A stretch of 64,000 bases of DNA. It comes from Thermoproteota archaeon (lineage in GTDB: Archaea; Thermoproteota; Methanomethylicia; Methanomethylicales; Methanomethylicaceae). The translations under genes were made by a program, and so were the position numbers. Positions 39,060 to 48,307 of this stretch are shown here, one piece after another. Position 1 is the first letter of the stretch; each line of letters starts with the position of its first letter. The DNA lies in NCBI GenBank assembly GCA_016882195.1, contig VGLU01000002.1, forward strand, positions 107,884-171,883, given 5' to 3'. A model generated the notes under the pieces. That model searched no databases and was not told where the DNA came from. It was given only the letters and a program-made list of their open reading frames with translations.

Positions 39060-40025
39060 TTGACCGAATTCTATGACAGAGACGCCATCCGGCAGCTCCT
39101 CTCATCAAAGAAGTGGATCTCGCCGCATAAAAGGGTCGTCGTGGCGGTGGACGAGAAGGCTGGCGTGGCCGAGCTGATAGAGGACCACGCCAGGGGGATG
39201 TGTCTGGGCGGGTCTGCATGGTCGCTATACCACTACACCAAGAACAGCAGATCGGTGTTCTGGTCCAAGCGGGAGGGGTCGCGCCTCTTCTATAAGCTTA
39301 GGCTTTCAAAGGAGAGCACTGCGAGCAGGCTCGAGCCCAGCTATAAGCCCGCATCTATCGAGTCGGTAATCTCGGATGGGGAAAAGGTGAGGGTCACCTA
39401 CTCCGGGCTGGCGGGTGCGGGCGTGGCGGCGCTCAGCAGGGGCATGGCGGAGGGCGTGGAGGGGGTGGAGATCCTCGAATGGGGAGGCGGAAAGAAGCTT
39501 GGAAGGGCCACGATAATCCTCCCGAGGAAGGAGAAGATAATAATCGGCGTGGACGACACCGACAAGGCAGATGAGGGCGCCACATGGTCGCTCGTCAACG
39601 AGATAGCCTTCGAGATCTCGAGGCACAAGGGCGTGGACTACCTGGAGCACGCCATAGTCCAGCTCTACCCTCAGAACCCCTTCAAGACCCAGAACTGTGT
39701 CTCCATCTCCGTCTCCTTCGCTGTTCCGCCGGAGCTAAAGGATCCTATTGTGAAGGAGTTCAAGGAGGCGATGACCGATAGGACCTTCTCCAAGGAGACC
39801 GGAATGGCTTACCTGCCGGGCATAATGATCCAGGACGGCCTGATGTCCTTCGCGAGGAGGGCGAAGTCTGGTATGGTAACGGTGGAGGATGCCGAGAAGG
39901 CAGCCACGGAGAATAACGTGAAGGTCTACCGGATAACAGGAAGCAGGGGGGTCATAGGGGCCGTGGCTGCCATACCCTACGTAGAGTATCCCGACGAGGC
40001 CGTGCGGATCGCCGGTGATGATTAA
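39060..40025 (+). CDS. Hypothetical protein with TiaS-kinase-like (DUF1743-type) domain
   Basis: Central IIIGVDDTDKADEGATWSLVNEIA resembles the N-terminal IGIDDTDSxxGxCTTxLA kinase motif of tRNA(Ile2) agmatidine synthetase. It is preceded by a ~150-aa unrelated N-terminal domain. TTG start. Confidence 0.45.
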   Translation: MTEFYDRDAIRQLLSSKKWISPHKRVVVAVDEKAGVAELIEDHARGMCLGGSAWSLYHYTKNSRSVFWSKREGSRLFYKLRLSKESTASRLEPSYKPASIESVISDGEKVRVTYSGLAGAGVAALSRGMAEGVEGVEILEWGGGKKLGRATIILPRKEKIIIGVDDTDKADEGATWSLVNEIAFEISRHKGVDYLEHAIVQLYPQNPFKTQNCVSISVSFAVPPELKDPIVKEFKEAMTDRTFSKETGMAYLPGIMIQDGLMSFARRAKSGMVTVEDAEKAATENNVKVYRITGSRGVIGAVAAIPYVEYPDEAVRIAGDD

Positions 40026-41202
40026 TTTGTTCGACTTCATAGTCGTGGGCTCCGGCGCAGGAGGAGCCACCGTGGCAAAGGAGCTCTCCGCCGCGGGCAG
40101 GAGCGTCCTGCTTCTCGAGGGTGGGAAGGAGGTTCCCCAGGGGCGAGCCTCGAGCGCCTATACAGTTCTTCCCGCTGATGTCGAGGTCTGGCAGACCGTC
40201 TGCCTGGGCGGGACCACCACGGTGTCTATGGGAAACGCCGTCCGTGCCAAGATAGATGGCGCGCTTGAACGGTTCTACGCTGAGGCGGAAAAGGAGATGG
40301 CTGTGCGGCCGGTTCCTGAGTCCCACATGGGCTCTGCCACCAGGTCGTTGCTCCTCGCGTCCAAGGACTGGAAGGTCATGCCAAAGGCAATAGACTTCAG
40401 CAAGTGCAAACACTGCGGTCATTGTCCCCTCGGCTGTCCGTCCGCCGCAAAGTGGGACGCCACTGCCTACGTCAGGGAGGCGGTATCGCATGGCTGCTCC
40501 CTCTACACTGAAACGCCTGTAAAGAGGGTCATAACCCAAGGAGGGAGGGCCGTAGGCGTGGAGTCCTTCAATGGCAGAACCTTCAATGGCAGGGGTGTGA
40601 TCCTAGCGGCGGGGGCTGTGGAAACTCCTCGAATCCTCATGAGGTCGGGCTTCGAGTCTGTAGGTAAGGGGCTCTTTGTGGACACCTTCGTAACGGTCGG
40701 CGGGGTCAAGAAGGGGGCCCGTTTGAACGCTGAGCTGGGCATGGCTCTATACATGAAGAGGAGGGGATACATGCTCTCGCCCCACTACTCCAGCTTCCTT
40801 GTGCCTCAATTTGCTAAAAAGGGCATAAAGATTCAGCCTTCTGACCTGTTGGGAATAATGGTTAAGATCGAGGACGAGCCCACCGGCGAGGTGAGACCTG
40901 AAAAGATCATCAAGGGGCTCTCCCACAAGGATCTAGAGCTTGTGGAGAGGGGCAGGAGGGAGGCCTCAGAGATCCTCAACGGAGTGGGGGTTGATCCAGA
41001 GACCATAGTCTCGACCTATCCAAGGGGGGCGCATCCAGGAGGCACCTGCACCCCACTCGTAGACCGTTCCTTCGAGACAGATTTCGAGTCCCTTTACATA
41101 TCCGACGCGAGCATCATACCCAAACCGTTGGGCATGCCGCCGATGCTGTCCATAGTGGCCAGGTCCAAGAAACTCTCAAAGCTACTACTTGGAAGGGCCT
41201 AG
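40015..41202 (+). CDS. FAD-dependent oxidoreductase, short GMC-like
   Basis: FDFIVVGSGAGGATVA dinucleotide motif, Cys cluster CKHCGHCPLGC, C-terminal PRGAHPGGTC resembling the GMC C-terminus. Confidence 0.55.
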   Translation: MMINLFDFIVVGSGAGGATVAKELSAAGRSVLLLEGGKEVPQGRASSAYTVLPADVEVWQTVCLGGTTTVSMGNAVRAKIDGALERFYAEAEKEMAVRPVPESHMGSATRSLLLASKDWKVMPKAIDFSKCKHCGHCPLGCPSAAKWDATAYVREAVSHGCSLYTETPVKRVITQGGRAVGVESFNGRTFNGRGVILAAGAVETPRILMRSGFESVGKGLFVDTFVTVGGVKKGARLNAELGMALYMKRRGYMLSPHYSSFLVPQFAKKGIKIQPSDLLGIMVKIEDEPTGEVRPEKIIKGLSHKDLELVERGRREASEILNGVGVDPETIVSTYPRGAHPGGTCTPLVDRSFETDFESLYISDASIIPKPLGMPPMLSIVARSKKLSKLLLGRA

Positions 41203-41640
41203 CAGATATTTGACGATCTCCTCGTGGATCGTGCAGGGCCGTTCCTTGTACCCCTTTGGCGTCCAGCTCCTGACCTGCAGAATCTTCTCCTCCAGTTGGC
41301 TCAGCTCTGGGCACAGCAGTATGTGTCCCTCCTTGCTGAGCTTCATAATGATGTCCGGATTGTGGACCACCTTTGGGTTCGGCACGGATATCGCCTTCTT
41401 CCCCATCTTCAGGATCTCGAAGAGGGTGCCCGCCCCGCTGTGCGTGATTATGAACTCTGCAGGGCGGTAGAACTCGGTCAAATCTATCTTGAACCTGAAC
41501 CATTCCGCATTTTTAGGGACATAGGTGCCGTTAGCGATCTGGACCACAACGTCGCCCACGACGCCCTTCTCTGCCAGCCTGTCCACCTCCCTTATCAGGT
41601 CGTCAAAGGGGGCTACAGAACCGACCGTAACGAAGATCAT
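41185..41640 (-). CDS. Alg13-like glycosyltransferase subunit (GT28 C-terminal domain)
   Basis: IFVTVGS...ITHSGAGT. Likely start MIFVTV at 41640, abutting the alg14-like stop. Confidence 0.7.
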   Translation of the reverse strand: MIFVTVGSVAPFDDLIREVDRLAEKGVVGDVVVQIANGTYVPKNAEWFRFKIDLTEFYRPAEFIITHSGAGTLFEILKMGKKAISVPNPKVVHNPDIIMKLSKEGHILLCPELSQLEEKILQVRSWTPKGYKERPCTIHEEIVKYLLGPSK

Positions 41641-41641
41641 T

Positions 41642-42118
41642 TCATTGCAACCTCCCCGCATAGATGCCCCTTGAATATACCGACTTCATCTCGGGCCACT
41701 GGACGAAGAACAGGTCGGCGAACCTGTATATGATCTTCCCGGATGTGGAACCTTTGTATACCCTGGACCAACTCTCCACAAAGACAACCTTCTTACCAAA
41801 GATCTTGCCGATCATGGATATGGGCACAGCCATCCCCGGACCCGCGCTGAGTATGACCTCTGGCTTGGTTCTCCTAACGACCCCGAGCGACTCCCAAAAC
41901 AGCCTAATCGCCTTGAAGAAGGTAACTATGACGTTGTCGCCATGATTTCTCGCCCTGTGGACGACGCAGATCTCCCCCTTTCTGGCTATCTTCTCTGCTG
42001 AGAGTTTGTCCCCCTTGCCCACAAGGTAGACGTACTCGAACCTCTCCCCCAGCAGATCAACAAGCTTTAGCATCTGGGCCGTGTGCCCGCCGCTGCCTAG
42101 AACTACAAGGATCTTCAA
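41642..42118 (-). CDS. Alg14-like membrane-anchoring glycosyltransferase subunit
   Basis: VVLGSGGHTAQML signature. Confidence 0.7.
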   Translation of the reverse strand: MKILVVLGSGGHTAQMLKLVDLLGERFEYVYLVGKGDKLSAEKIARKGEICVVHRARNHGDNVIVTFFKAIRLFWESLGVVRRTKPEVILSAGPGMAVPISMIGKIFGKKVVFVESWSRVYKGSTSGKIIYRFADLFFVQWPEMKSVYSRGIYAGRLQ

Positions 42119-42124
42119 GTCGCT

Positions 42125-43234
42125 TCACGGGTTCTTCTTAGTCTTCTTTATTATCTCAGCCATCCTGTCCAAGTCTTTCTCTGTTACAGCGGGGTTAACA
42201 GGCAGAGATAGCACTGTCTGGGCCGCCCTCTCCGACGCGGGTAGCTTCAATGTTCCGTAGCCGAGGCCTGCATAGAGGGGGATTCTGTGGACCGGTGTCG
42301 GGTAATAAACAGTTGCCCCTATCCCTCCCTCTAGGAGCCTCGACATGAATCTCTCCCTCTCCGCTGCCGTTTTGCACCTAACCGTGAATAGATACCAATT
42401 ATGCCTGCAATACTCTGGTACCTCTGGCAGCACTAACCCTGCCCCATCCAGTTTTTCCTTCAGCGCATTTGCGTTCCTAGCCCTCGCTGCGAGAAAGCCT
42501 GGAAGCTTCTTCAGCTGCGCCCTACCTATGGCTGCCTCTATCTCCGGCATCCTGAAATTTCCGCCGAGGATCACGGAGTCGTTGCCCTTCACCTGGCCGT
42601 GCGTCCTTATCCTCCCCAGCTTCTCGGCCAGCGCATCGTCGTCCGTTATTATCGCGCCCCCCTCCCCAGTGGTCATTACCTTTGTCGGGTAGAAGCTGAG
42701 GCAGCCTATGTCTCCCAAGGTCCCCGCCATCCTTCCCCTGTAGGAGGCTCCTAGGGCTTGGCAGGCGTCCTCTATAACCGTGATCCCGTGCTCCTCGGCA
42801 ATCTCCCCAATCTCATCCATCTCGGCAGGAAGACCGTACAGGTCAACGGGGATCACTGCCTTTGTCCTCTTGGTTATCACCTTCTTGAAGGCCCTTGGCA
42901 TCATGTTGTAGCTACTCAGGTCGATGTCCACAAAGACAGGCTTTGCCCCGGCTAAGACGGCGGCACCCGCGGTGGCCGCAAAGGTAAAGGATGGCATGAC
43001 CACCTCGTCCCCTAGCCTGATCCCCGATGCCAAGAGCGCCGTGTGGAGGGCAGCCGTCCCTGAGTTGACCGCAACAACATGCCTCGCGTTAAGGTGTCTC
43101 GCCAGCTCCCTCTCGAAGGCCCTGACATTCGGCCCGCCCTCAGGGGAGGAGTTCGTCATGATGCCGCCCTCTATAACCTTCAGAACCCCCTCCTTCTCCT
43201 CAACCCCGAGCAATGGCTTGTTTATTGGCAGCAT
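42125..43234 (-). CDS. DegT/DnrJ/EryC1/StrS family PLP-dependent sugar aminotransferase (WbpE-like)
   Basis: PLP-fold, ~370 aa, conserved Lys region (SFYPTKVMTTGEGG). Confidence 0.8.
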   Translation of the reverse strand: MLPINKPLLGVEEKEGVLKVIEGGIMTNSSPEGGPNVRAFERELARHLNARHVVAVNSGTAALHTALLASGIRLGDEVVMPSFTFAATAGAAVLAGAKPVFVDIDLSSYNMMPRAFKKVITKRTKAVIPVDLYGLPAEMDEIGEIAEEHGITVIEDACQALGASYRGRMAGTLGDIGCLSFYPTKVMTTGEGGAIITDDDALAEKLGRIRTHGQVKGNDSVILGGNFRMPEIEAAIGRAQLKKLPGFLAARARNANALKEKLDGAGLVLPEVPEYCRHNWYLFTVRCKTAAERERFMSRLLEGGIGATVYYPTPVHRIPLYAGLGYGTLKLPASERAAQTVLSLPVNPAVTEKDLDRMAEIIKKTKKNP

Positions 43235-43283
43235 TGCCGCTCACACGGGATAAATTGTCCTGTCTACCTATTAATCGTTTGAG

Positions 43284-43982
43284 TTATTGTTGGGACAGGT
43301 AGTCCCTCTGCTTCCTGTTGTACTCTTCCCTGCTCATTATGACCTTCGCCGGGACGCCCAGCACGACGGTTCTTGGTTGGACGTCCTTGGTGACGATGGC
43401 CCCAGCGCCTATCATCGCCCCCTCGCCCACCCGGATGCCTGCTATGAGGACCGCCCTCGACCCCACCGCGGCGTTGTCCTCTATGGTTACGCCGGAGACT
43501 TTGGGCGATGGCGGATACCTGTCGTTCGTCACCGTAACGTAGGGGCCCATGAAGACGTTGGATCCTATGACCGTCCCGGGCGGTATGTAGACCCCCGTCT
43601 GTATGTTGTTCTTACCGCCTATCTTCACGTTGCCGTCTATCACCGTGTAAGTACCGATCCTAGTCCCGTTCCCTATGACCGTTCCCTCCCTGATCAGGAC
43701 GCCGTGGCCCGTCTCAATGTTGTCCCCGATCTGGGTGCCCTCGTACACGATGCTTCCGGCCCTGATCACGCATCCCCTTCCTATGGTGCTGCCCTCGCTA
43801 ACGCCGTCATAAGCCTCGAATGTCGGCTTCTCAAGGCTCAGTACCTTCTTCTGGACGGGATACCCGATGATGACCCCGTCCCCTATGACCGTCTTAGCCC
43901 CTATACGCGTGGACCCTAGGATCCTCGCCTCGCCCTCCAAGAGCCCTCCAATTTTTGCCCTCTTGGATATGTACAATAGCAT
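43284..43982 (-). CDS. Hexapeptide-repeat sugar N-acetyltransferase (WbpD/PglD-like)
   Basis: Left-handed beta-helix hexapeptide repeats throughout. Confidence 0.75.
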   Translation of the reverse strand: MLLYISKRAKIGGLLEGEARILGSTRIGAKTVIGDGVIIGYPVQKKVLSLEKPTFEAYDGVSEGSTIGRGCVIRAGSIVYEGTQIGDNIETGHGVLIREGTVIGNGTRIGTYTVIDGNVKIGGKNNIQTGVYIPPGTVIGSNVFMGPYVTVTNDRYPPSPKVSGVTIEDNAAVGSRAVLIAGIRVGEGAMIGAGAIVTKDVQPRTVVLGVPAKVIMSREEYNRKQRDYLSQQ

Positions 43983-44036
43983 CCCTTCTCGCGTCAGGGA
44001 GATTCTCTATCCGATCTTATTTATAAAAAAGGCGTT

Positions 44037-45389
44037 TCAAGCGCCGGGCCTTCCGATTCCGCTATAGAGGCTCCCGCGTGGCAGCCTTGCCGGATCCAGC
44101 ACATTCTTTCCGTCCACCACTGTCAGCCTCTTCTTGCACCATCCAAGGTCTAGGCTCTTGAACTCCCTGTGGTCTGTGGCCACAACCAATGCGTCGGCCC
44201 ATTCTACAATCTCCTGCAGGCTCCTGCACGTCTCCACACCGTTCATGCTCCTGATGAGCGGGTCATACGCCCTCACGCCGGCAACCTTCCCCCTCAGAAG
44301 ATTGATAAAGTCCATGGCAGGCGAGAGTCTGGCGTCCTTTACATCGCCCCTGAACGCCAACCCGAGCACCCCAACCTTGGCATCCTTCATCCCGATCCCT
44401 GCCCTCCTCAAGGCCTTCTTGAGCAGTCCGAGGGTGTACTCGGGCATCCCCTCGTTCGTCTCCCTCGCCCTTCTGGTGATCTCAAGTGTTAGCCCTGCCC
44501 TCTCGGCCACATCCATCAGGAAGTAGGGGTAAACCGGAATGCACAACCCTCCGACCCCTATTCCGGGCAGGTGGAGGTGACAGAAGGGCTGACTGTTGGC
44601 CGCCCTCCTCGCCTCTATAAAGTCGATGCTGAGGGCGTCACAGAGCTTTGCGAACTCGTTGGCGAGGGCTATGTTGGCGTCCCTGTAGACCCCCTCAAAT
44701 ATCTTTGATGCCTCCGCCTCCCTAGCGCTGGCGAGCTTTATCACCCCTTTCTTGGCGATGCCCTCGTAGAGCGCCGCCACCGTCTCGGTGCTCCTCGGGC
44801 CAACGCCGCCGACGACCTTCGGGTAGTTCACCTCGATGTCCTGAAGCGCCCTGCCCTCATAGATCCTCTCCGGGCTGTAAGCAAGACCAAAGTCCCTCTC
44901 AGCCGTAAGTCCGCTCTCCTCCTCCAATATGGGCTTTGCAAGACCCTCCGTGGTCAGGGGAGGCACCGTGCACTCTATTATCACAACGTCACCCGGCTTG
45001 AGGCCCTTCCCGATGCTCCTGATGACTGACTCCATGTTCCTGTTGTCGAGCCTCTTATGGGTGTTCAGGGTCGTGGGTATGACGACTATCTTTACGTCTG
45101 ACCTCCTGGAGCCGTCGGTGCCGTCCGTGGTCGCGGAGAACCTCCCCTCCGCAATCCCCTTCCTGATCCCCTCCTCTATCCCCGGCTCGTCGTCAAAGGG
45201 GATAATGCCTCTGTTCAGCCCATCAACAAGATCCACGTTTATATCCACGCCTATGACCTTAGCACCCGCCCTCAGCCAGGCCACCGCTATGGGCGATCCC
45301 ACCCTTCCCATGCCATAGACCGCTGTTGTGATACTCCCCTCAGCGAGTGCCCTCTTCAGATCTTCAGGCGCCCTACCGAGTAGCCTCAT
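44037..45389 (-). CDS. UDP-N-acetyl-hexosamine 6-dehydrogenase (UDP-glucose/GDP-mannose dehydrogenase family, WbpA/WecC-like)
   Basis: AVYGMGRVGSPIAVAW NAD motif and catalytic Cys region. Start probably MRLLG at 45389; the ORF track runs on to 45482. Confidence 0.75.
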   Translation of the reverse strand: MRLLGRAPEDLKRALAEGSITTAVYGMGRVGSPIAVAWLRAGAKVIGVDINVDLVDGLNRGIIPFDDEPGIEEGIRKGIAEGRFSATTDGTDGSRRSDVKIVVIPTTLNTHKRLDNRNMESVIRSIGKGLKPGDVVIIECTVPPLTTEGLAKPILEEESGLTAERDFGLAYSPERIYEGRALQDIEVNYPKVVGGVGPRSTETVAALYEGIAKKGVIKLASAREAEASKIFEGVYRDANIALANEFAKLCDALSIDFIEARRAANSQPFCHLHLPGIGVGGLCIPVYPYFLMDVAERAGLTLEITRRARETNEGMPEYTLGLLKKALRRAGIGMKDAKVGVLGLAFRGDVKDARLSPAMDFINLLRGKVAGVRAYDPLIRSMNGVETCRSLQEIVEWADALVVATDHREFKSLDLGWCKKRLTVVDGKNVLDPARLPRGSLYSGIGRPGA

Positions 45390-46303
45390 CCGGCACCCCT
45401 CCTCAAAGCGGTCAAAGCCACCTTCAGGTTCATCAACCCCTCTCTTCCATCCACCAGCGGCCTCTTTTTCTTGCTCACACACTCGATAAAGTGCTCCAGC
45501 TCCACCTTGAGTGGCTCCTTCTTGTTCACGTCCACCGTACGCCTCGTCGCGCCGCTGCAGACCTCGATGCTCTGTTGTATGTAGTCTAGGCAGACCATGG
45601 CCTCCGAGCCCGTGGCCACGAGGGTCCTCACCTTGTACGGCGTGAATCGGCTGGCCTCTATACTGGCTATGGTCTCCCCGTAGTCTAGGAGTATGAGCGC
45701 GTAATCCTCCACATCCCGTCTGTACTTACCATAACCCGCATAGACGGCCTTCGGCTCCCTTCCGACCAGGAACCGCGTGACGTCGATATCATGGGTTGCC
45801 AGATCCACTATTATTCCAACATCCTTTATTCTGGGAGAGAACGGTCCGGAGCGCTTGGTGGACAGAATGAAGAGCCTGCCGAGCTCCCCCGCCTGTATCA
45901 TCTCCTTCAGCTTCAGGACCGCAGGGTTGAACCTCTCTATGTGCCCCACCATCAAGATCGCTCCACCCTTCTTGGCGGCCATGATTATTGCCTCGGCGTC
46001 CTTGATCGTAGGGGCGATCGGCTTCTCGACGAGGCAACTTATCCCCTCCCTCAGGAAGATGGGCGTAACCTCCTTATGCAGCGATGTAGGCACGGCGATG
46101 CTAACGGCGTCCGGTCTCTGTCTTACCATCTCATCGATGGAATCGATCACTACCGTTCCGTACGCGCTGGCCACCTCTCTTGCACGCGCGTCGTCTTTAT
46201 CAACAATGCCGATGAGTTTGCAGTTTTTAATCTCCGAGTATACCCTGGCATGGTGTTGGCCCATCATCCCCACGCCAACTATGCCAACCCGCAACGCCGC
46301 CAC
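45386..46303 (-). CDS. Gfo/Idh/MocA oxidoreductase (WbpB-like UDP-GlcNAcA 3-dehydrogenase)
   Basis: LRVGIVGVGMMGQHHARVY N-terminal Rossmann motif; 305 aa. Confidence 0.7.
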   Translation of the reverse strand: MAALRVGIVGVGMMGQHHARVYSEIKNCKLIGIVDKDDARAREVASAYGTVVIDSIDEMVRQRPDAVSIAVPTSLHKEVTPIFLREGISCLVEKPIAPTIKDAEAIIMAAKKGGAILMVGHIERFNPAVLKLKEMIQAGELGRLFILSTKRSGPFSPRIKDVGIIVDLATHDIDVTRFLVGREPKAVYAGYGKYRRDVEDYALILLDYGETIASIEASRFTPYKVRTLVATGSEAMVCLDYIQQSIEVCSGATRRTVDVNKKEPLKVELEHFIECVSKKKRPLVDGREGLMNLKVALTALRRGAG

Positions 46304-46362
46304 CGCTTAAAAGATGTCGGCGTATACCCTTAAATACATTCTTTAACTCTACCTTTTACAAT

Positions 46363-47382
46363 GTGTGCCAGCATGGAATGGTGCCGGCTATGAACCCTCT
46401 GGTCTTGCTTGTCTTCCCGATCTCATTCATCGTCACCTATTGGCTCACCTTAAATTGGATAAGGGTCGCCAAGAGGTCGAACATCCTAGGGAAGGACCTG
46501 AATAAGCCGGGCAATCCCCTCGTTCCTGAGATGGGCGGCATACCGGTGATAGGCGGCTTTCTAAGTGGCCTCCTCTACTATGTTGCGTTGAACACCTTCT
46601 TCTTAAACCAAGCAACCTACAACGTGTACGTGCTGGGCGCCATTGCCACGGCCCTGATAATATTCGTCATCGGCATGATCGATGACATGCTGGGGTGGAA
46701 GATCGGTCTCTCCAAGCTCCAAAAACCGCTTTTGACGATACCAGCGGCCATCCCCATGATGGTCATAAACGCCGGCCAGTCCACCATAGCCCTCCCCTTC
46801 ATTGGCACCGTGAGCTTGGGCGTCCTGTACCCCCTCCTGTTTGTGCCCGTGGGCACGGTCGGGGCGGCGAACGCCTTCAACTTGCTCGCTGGGTACAACG
46901 GTCTCGAGTGCGGTATGGGCATAATAATTATACTCGCCATATCCTTCGTGTGTTATATGACTGGAAGCACTTGGGTCGCAGTCATAGGTGGAATAATTGT
47001 TTCGGCGCTCATTGCCTTCCTCATATTCAACTGGTACCCGGCAAAAGTCTTCCCTGGCAACTCCTTCACATACATGGTCGGGTCGATGATTGCCGTGCTA
47101 GCAATACTTGGGAACGTTGAGAAACTGGCGCTCTTTCTATTCATACCCTATTACTTGGACTTTCTCCTACCATTGAGGAAAAGGATGAAGGTTGAGGCCT
47201 TTGCAAAAGTGAACCCGGATGGCAGTTTGGATATGCCATATGAGCCTGTATATGATGTTGCGCATCTGGCCATAAAGGTGCTAAAGCGTATAAAGACCAA
47301 AGTTTATGAAAGGGATGTGGTTGGCATCATATTGATCACCGAAGTGATTCTAACACTCCTCGGCATCCTGCTTTATGTTTAG
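46363..47382 (+). CDS. GT4 MraY/WecA-family polyprenyl/dolichyl-phosphate HexNAc-1-phosphate transferase (AglH-like)
   Basis: Polytopic protein with an MraY-like NAFNLLAGYNGLE motif. Confidence 0.75.
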   Translation: MCQHGMVPAMNPLVLLVFPISFIVTYWLTLNWIRVAKRSNILGKDLNKPGNPLVPEMGGIPVIGGFLSGLLYYVALNTFFLNQATYNVYVLGAIATALIIFVIGMIDDMLGWKIGLSKLQKPLLTIPAAIPMMVINAGQSTIALPFIGTVSLGVLYPLLFVPVGTVGAANAFNLLAGYNGLECGMGIIIILAISFVCYMTGSTWVAVIGGIIVSALIAFLIFNWYPAKVFPGNSFTYMVGSMIAVLAILGNVEKLALFLFIPYYLDFLLPLRKRMKVEAFAKVNPDGSLDMPYEPVYDVAHLAIKVLKRIKTKVYERDVVGIILITEVILTLLGILLYV

Positions 47383-47451
47383 AAGGCATTTCTAACTCAT
47401 TACACGCGAAAGGCCTTGCCCCTAAAGTTTGGTCATTAACCAGCGCTGGCT

Positions 47452-48192
47452 TCAGCGTTCCTTTTTTGCAACTATTATCATTTCATTTGGCTTCAGATCA
47501 AAGAGGTCGCTAACAAATCTTCTCGTGCGAAGATACGTTGCCTGTATCCAATGTCTTGGGGTTGCATATATCCAGGTCTTCTTTAATACAATGGTCTTGA
47601 AGCCGCTATCCGTGAGGAGTTTTTGCATCTTCCCTTCATTAAAGCTCTGAATGTGTTGCACTGGATGAAATACCGCATAACATTCGGGGCATAAAACCTT
47701 GTGAGCCTCCAGATCCTCTGCGTAGGGGGAGGTCATCAACAATAAGCCGCTTCGTTTGAGAACTCGGTTTATCTCTTTAAACCCATCCCTTACCTCATGA
47801 TCGAAGAGGTGTTCAAACAATTCCATGGTGAAGACCCTGTCAAACTTTTCGTCAGCATAAGGCATACGCGTCACATTTCCCACATCTGCCTCCACATTGA
47901 CCTTCTCCATGACTACTCTCTTTTTGAACTCGCTAACAGTTTTTGTTGACGCGTCAATACCATAACAATCGTGCCCCATCTTCGAGAGATCGATCAATAT
48001 CTTACCAGAGGCAAAGCCGACGTCTAGAATTGATAGTTTGCCTTCAAAATATGGCCGAAACACGTTCATTGGAATCTGAAAGTAGTTCTCTGAGAAGTGC
48101 GCTGTATGAAATATTGGAATAGAGGCCCAAACATTCCAAAACTTTTCTCGACGGTTTTCGTCCCATTTGAATTCATGACCTTCATCTACCAT
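47452..48192 (-). CDS. Class I SAM-dependent methyltransferase
   Basis: ILDVGFASGK motif I. Confidence 0.65.
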   Translation of the reverse strand: MVDEGHEFKWDENRREKFWNVWASIPIFHTAHFSENYFQIPMNVFRPYFEGKLSILDVGFASGKILIDLSKMGHDCYGIDASTKTVSEFKKRVVMEKVNVEADVGNVTRMPYADEKFDRVFTMELFEHLFDHEVRDGFKEINRVLKRSGLLLMTSPYAEDLEAHKVLCPECYAVFHPVQHIQSFNEGKMQKLLTDSGFKTIVLKKTWIYATPRHWIQATYLRTRRFVSDLFDLKPNEMIIVAKKER

Positions 48193-48307
48193 TTATTCGA
48201 CCACACGAGAATGGTACTATTAAATCGCATTTTAAATATATCGGTTTAAGAAATTACGGCAATTTTTGTAGTTTTCCCACGTCCGTAACGTGTATGCCAT
48301 CTTGAAA

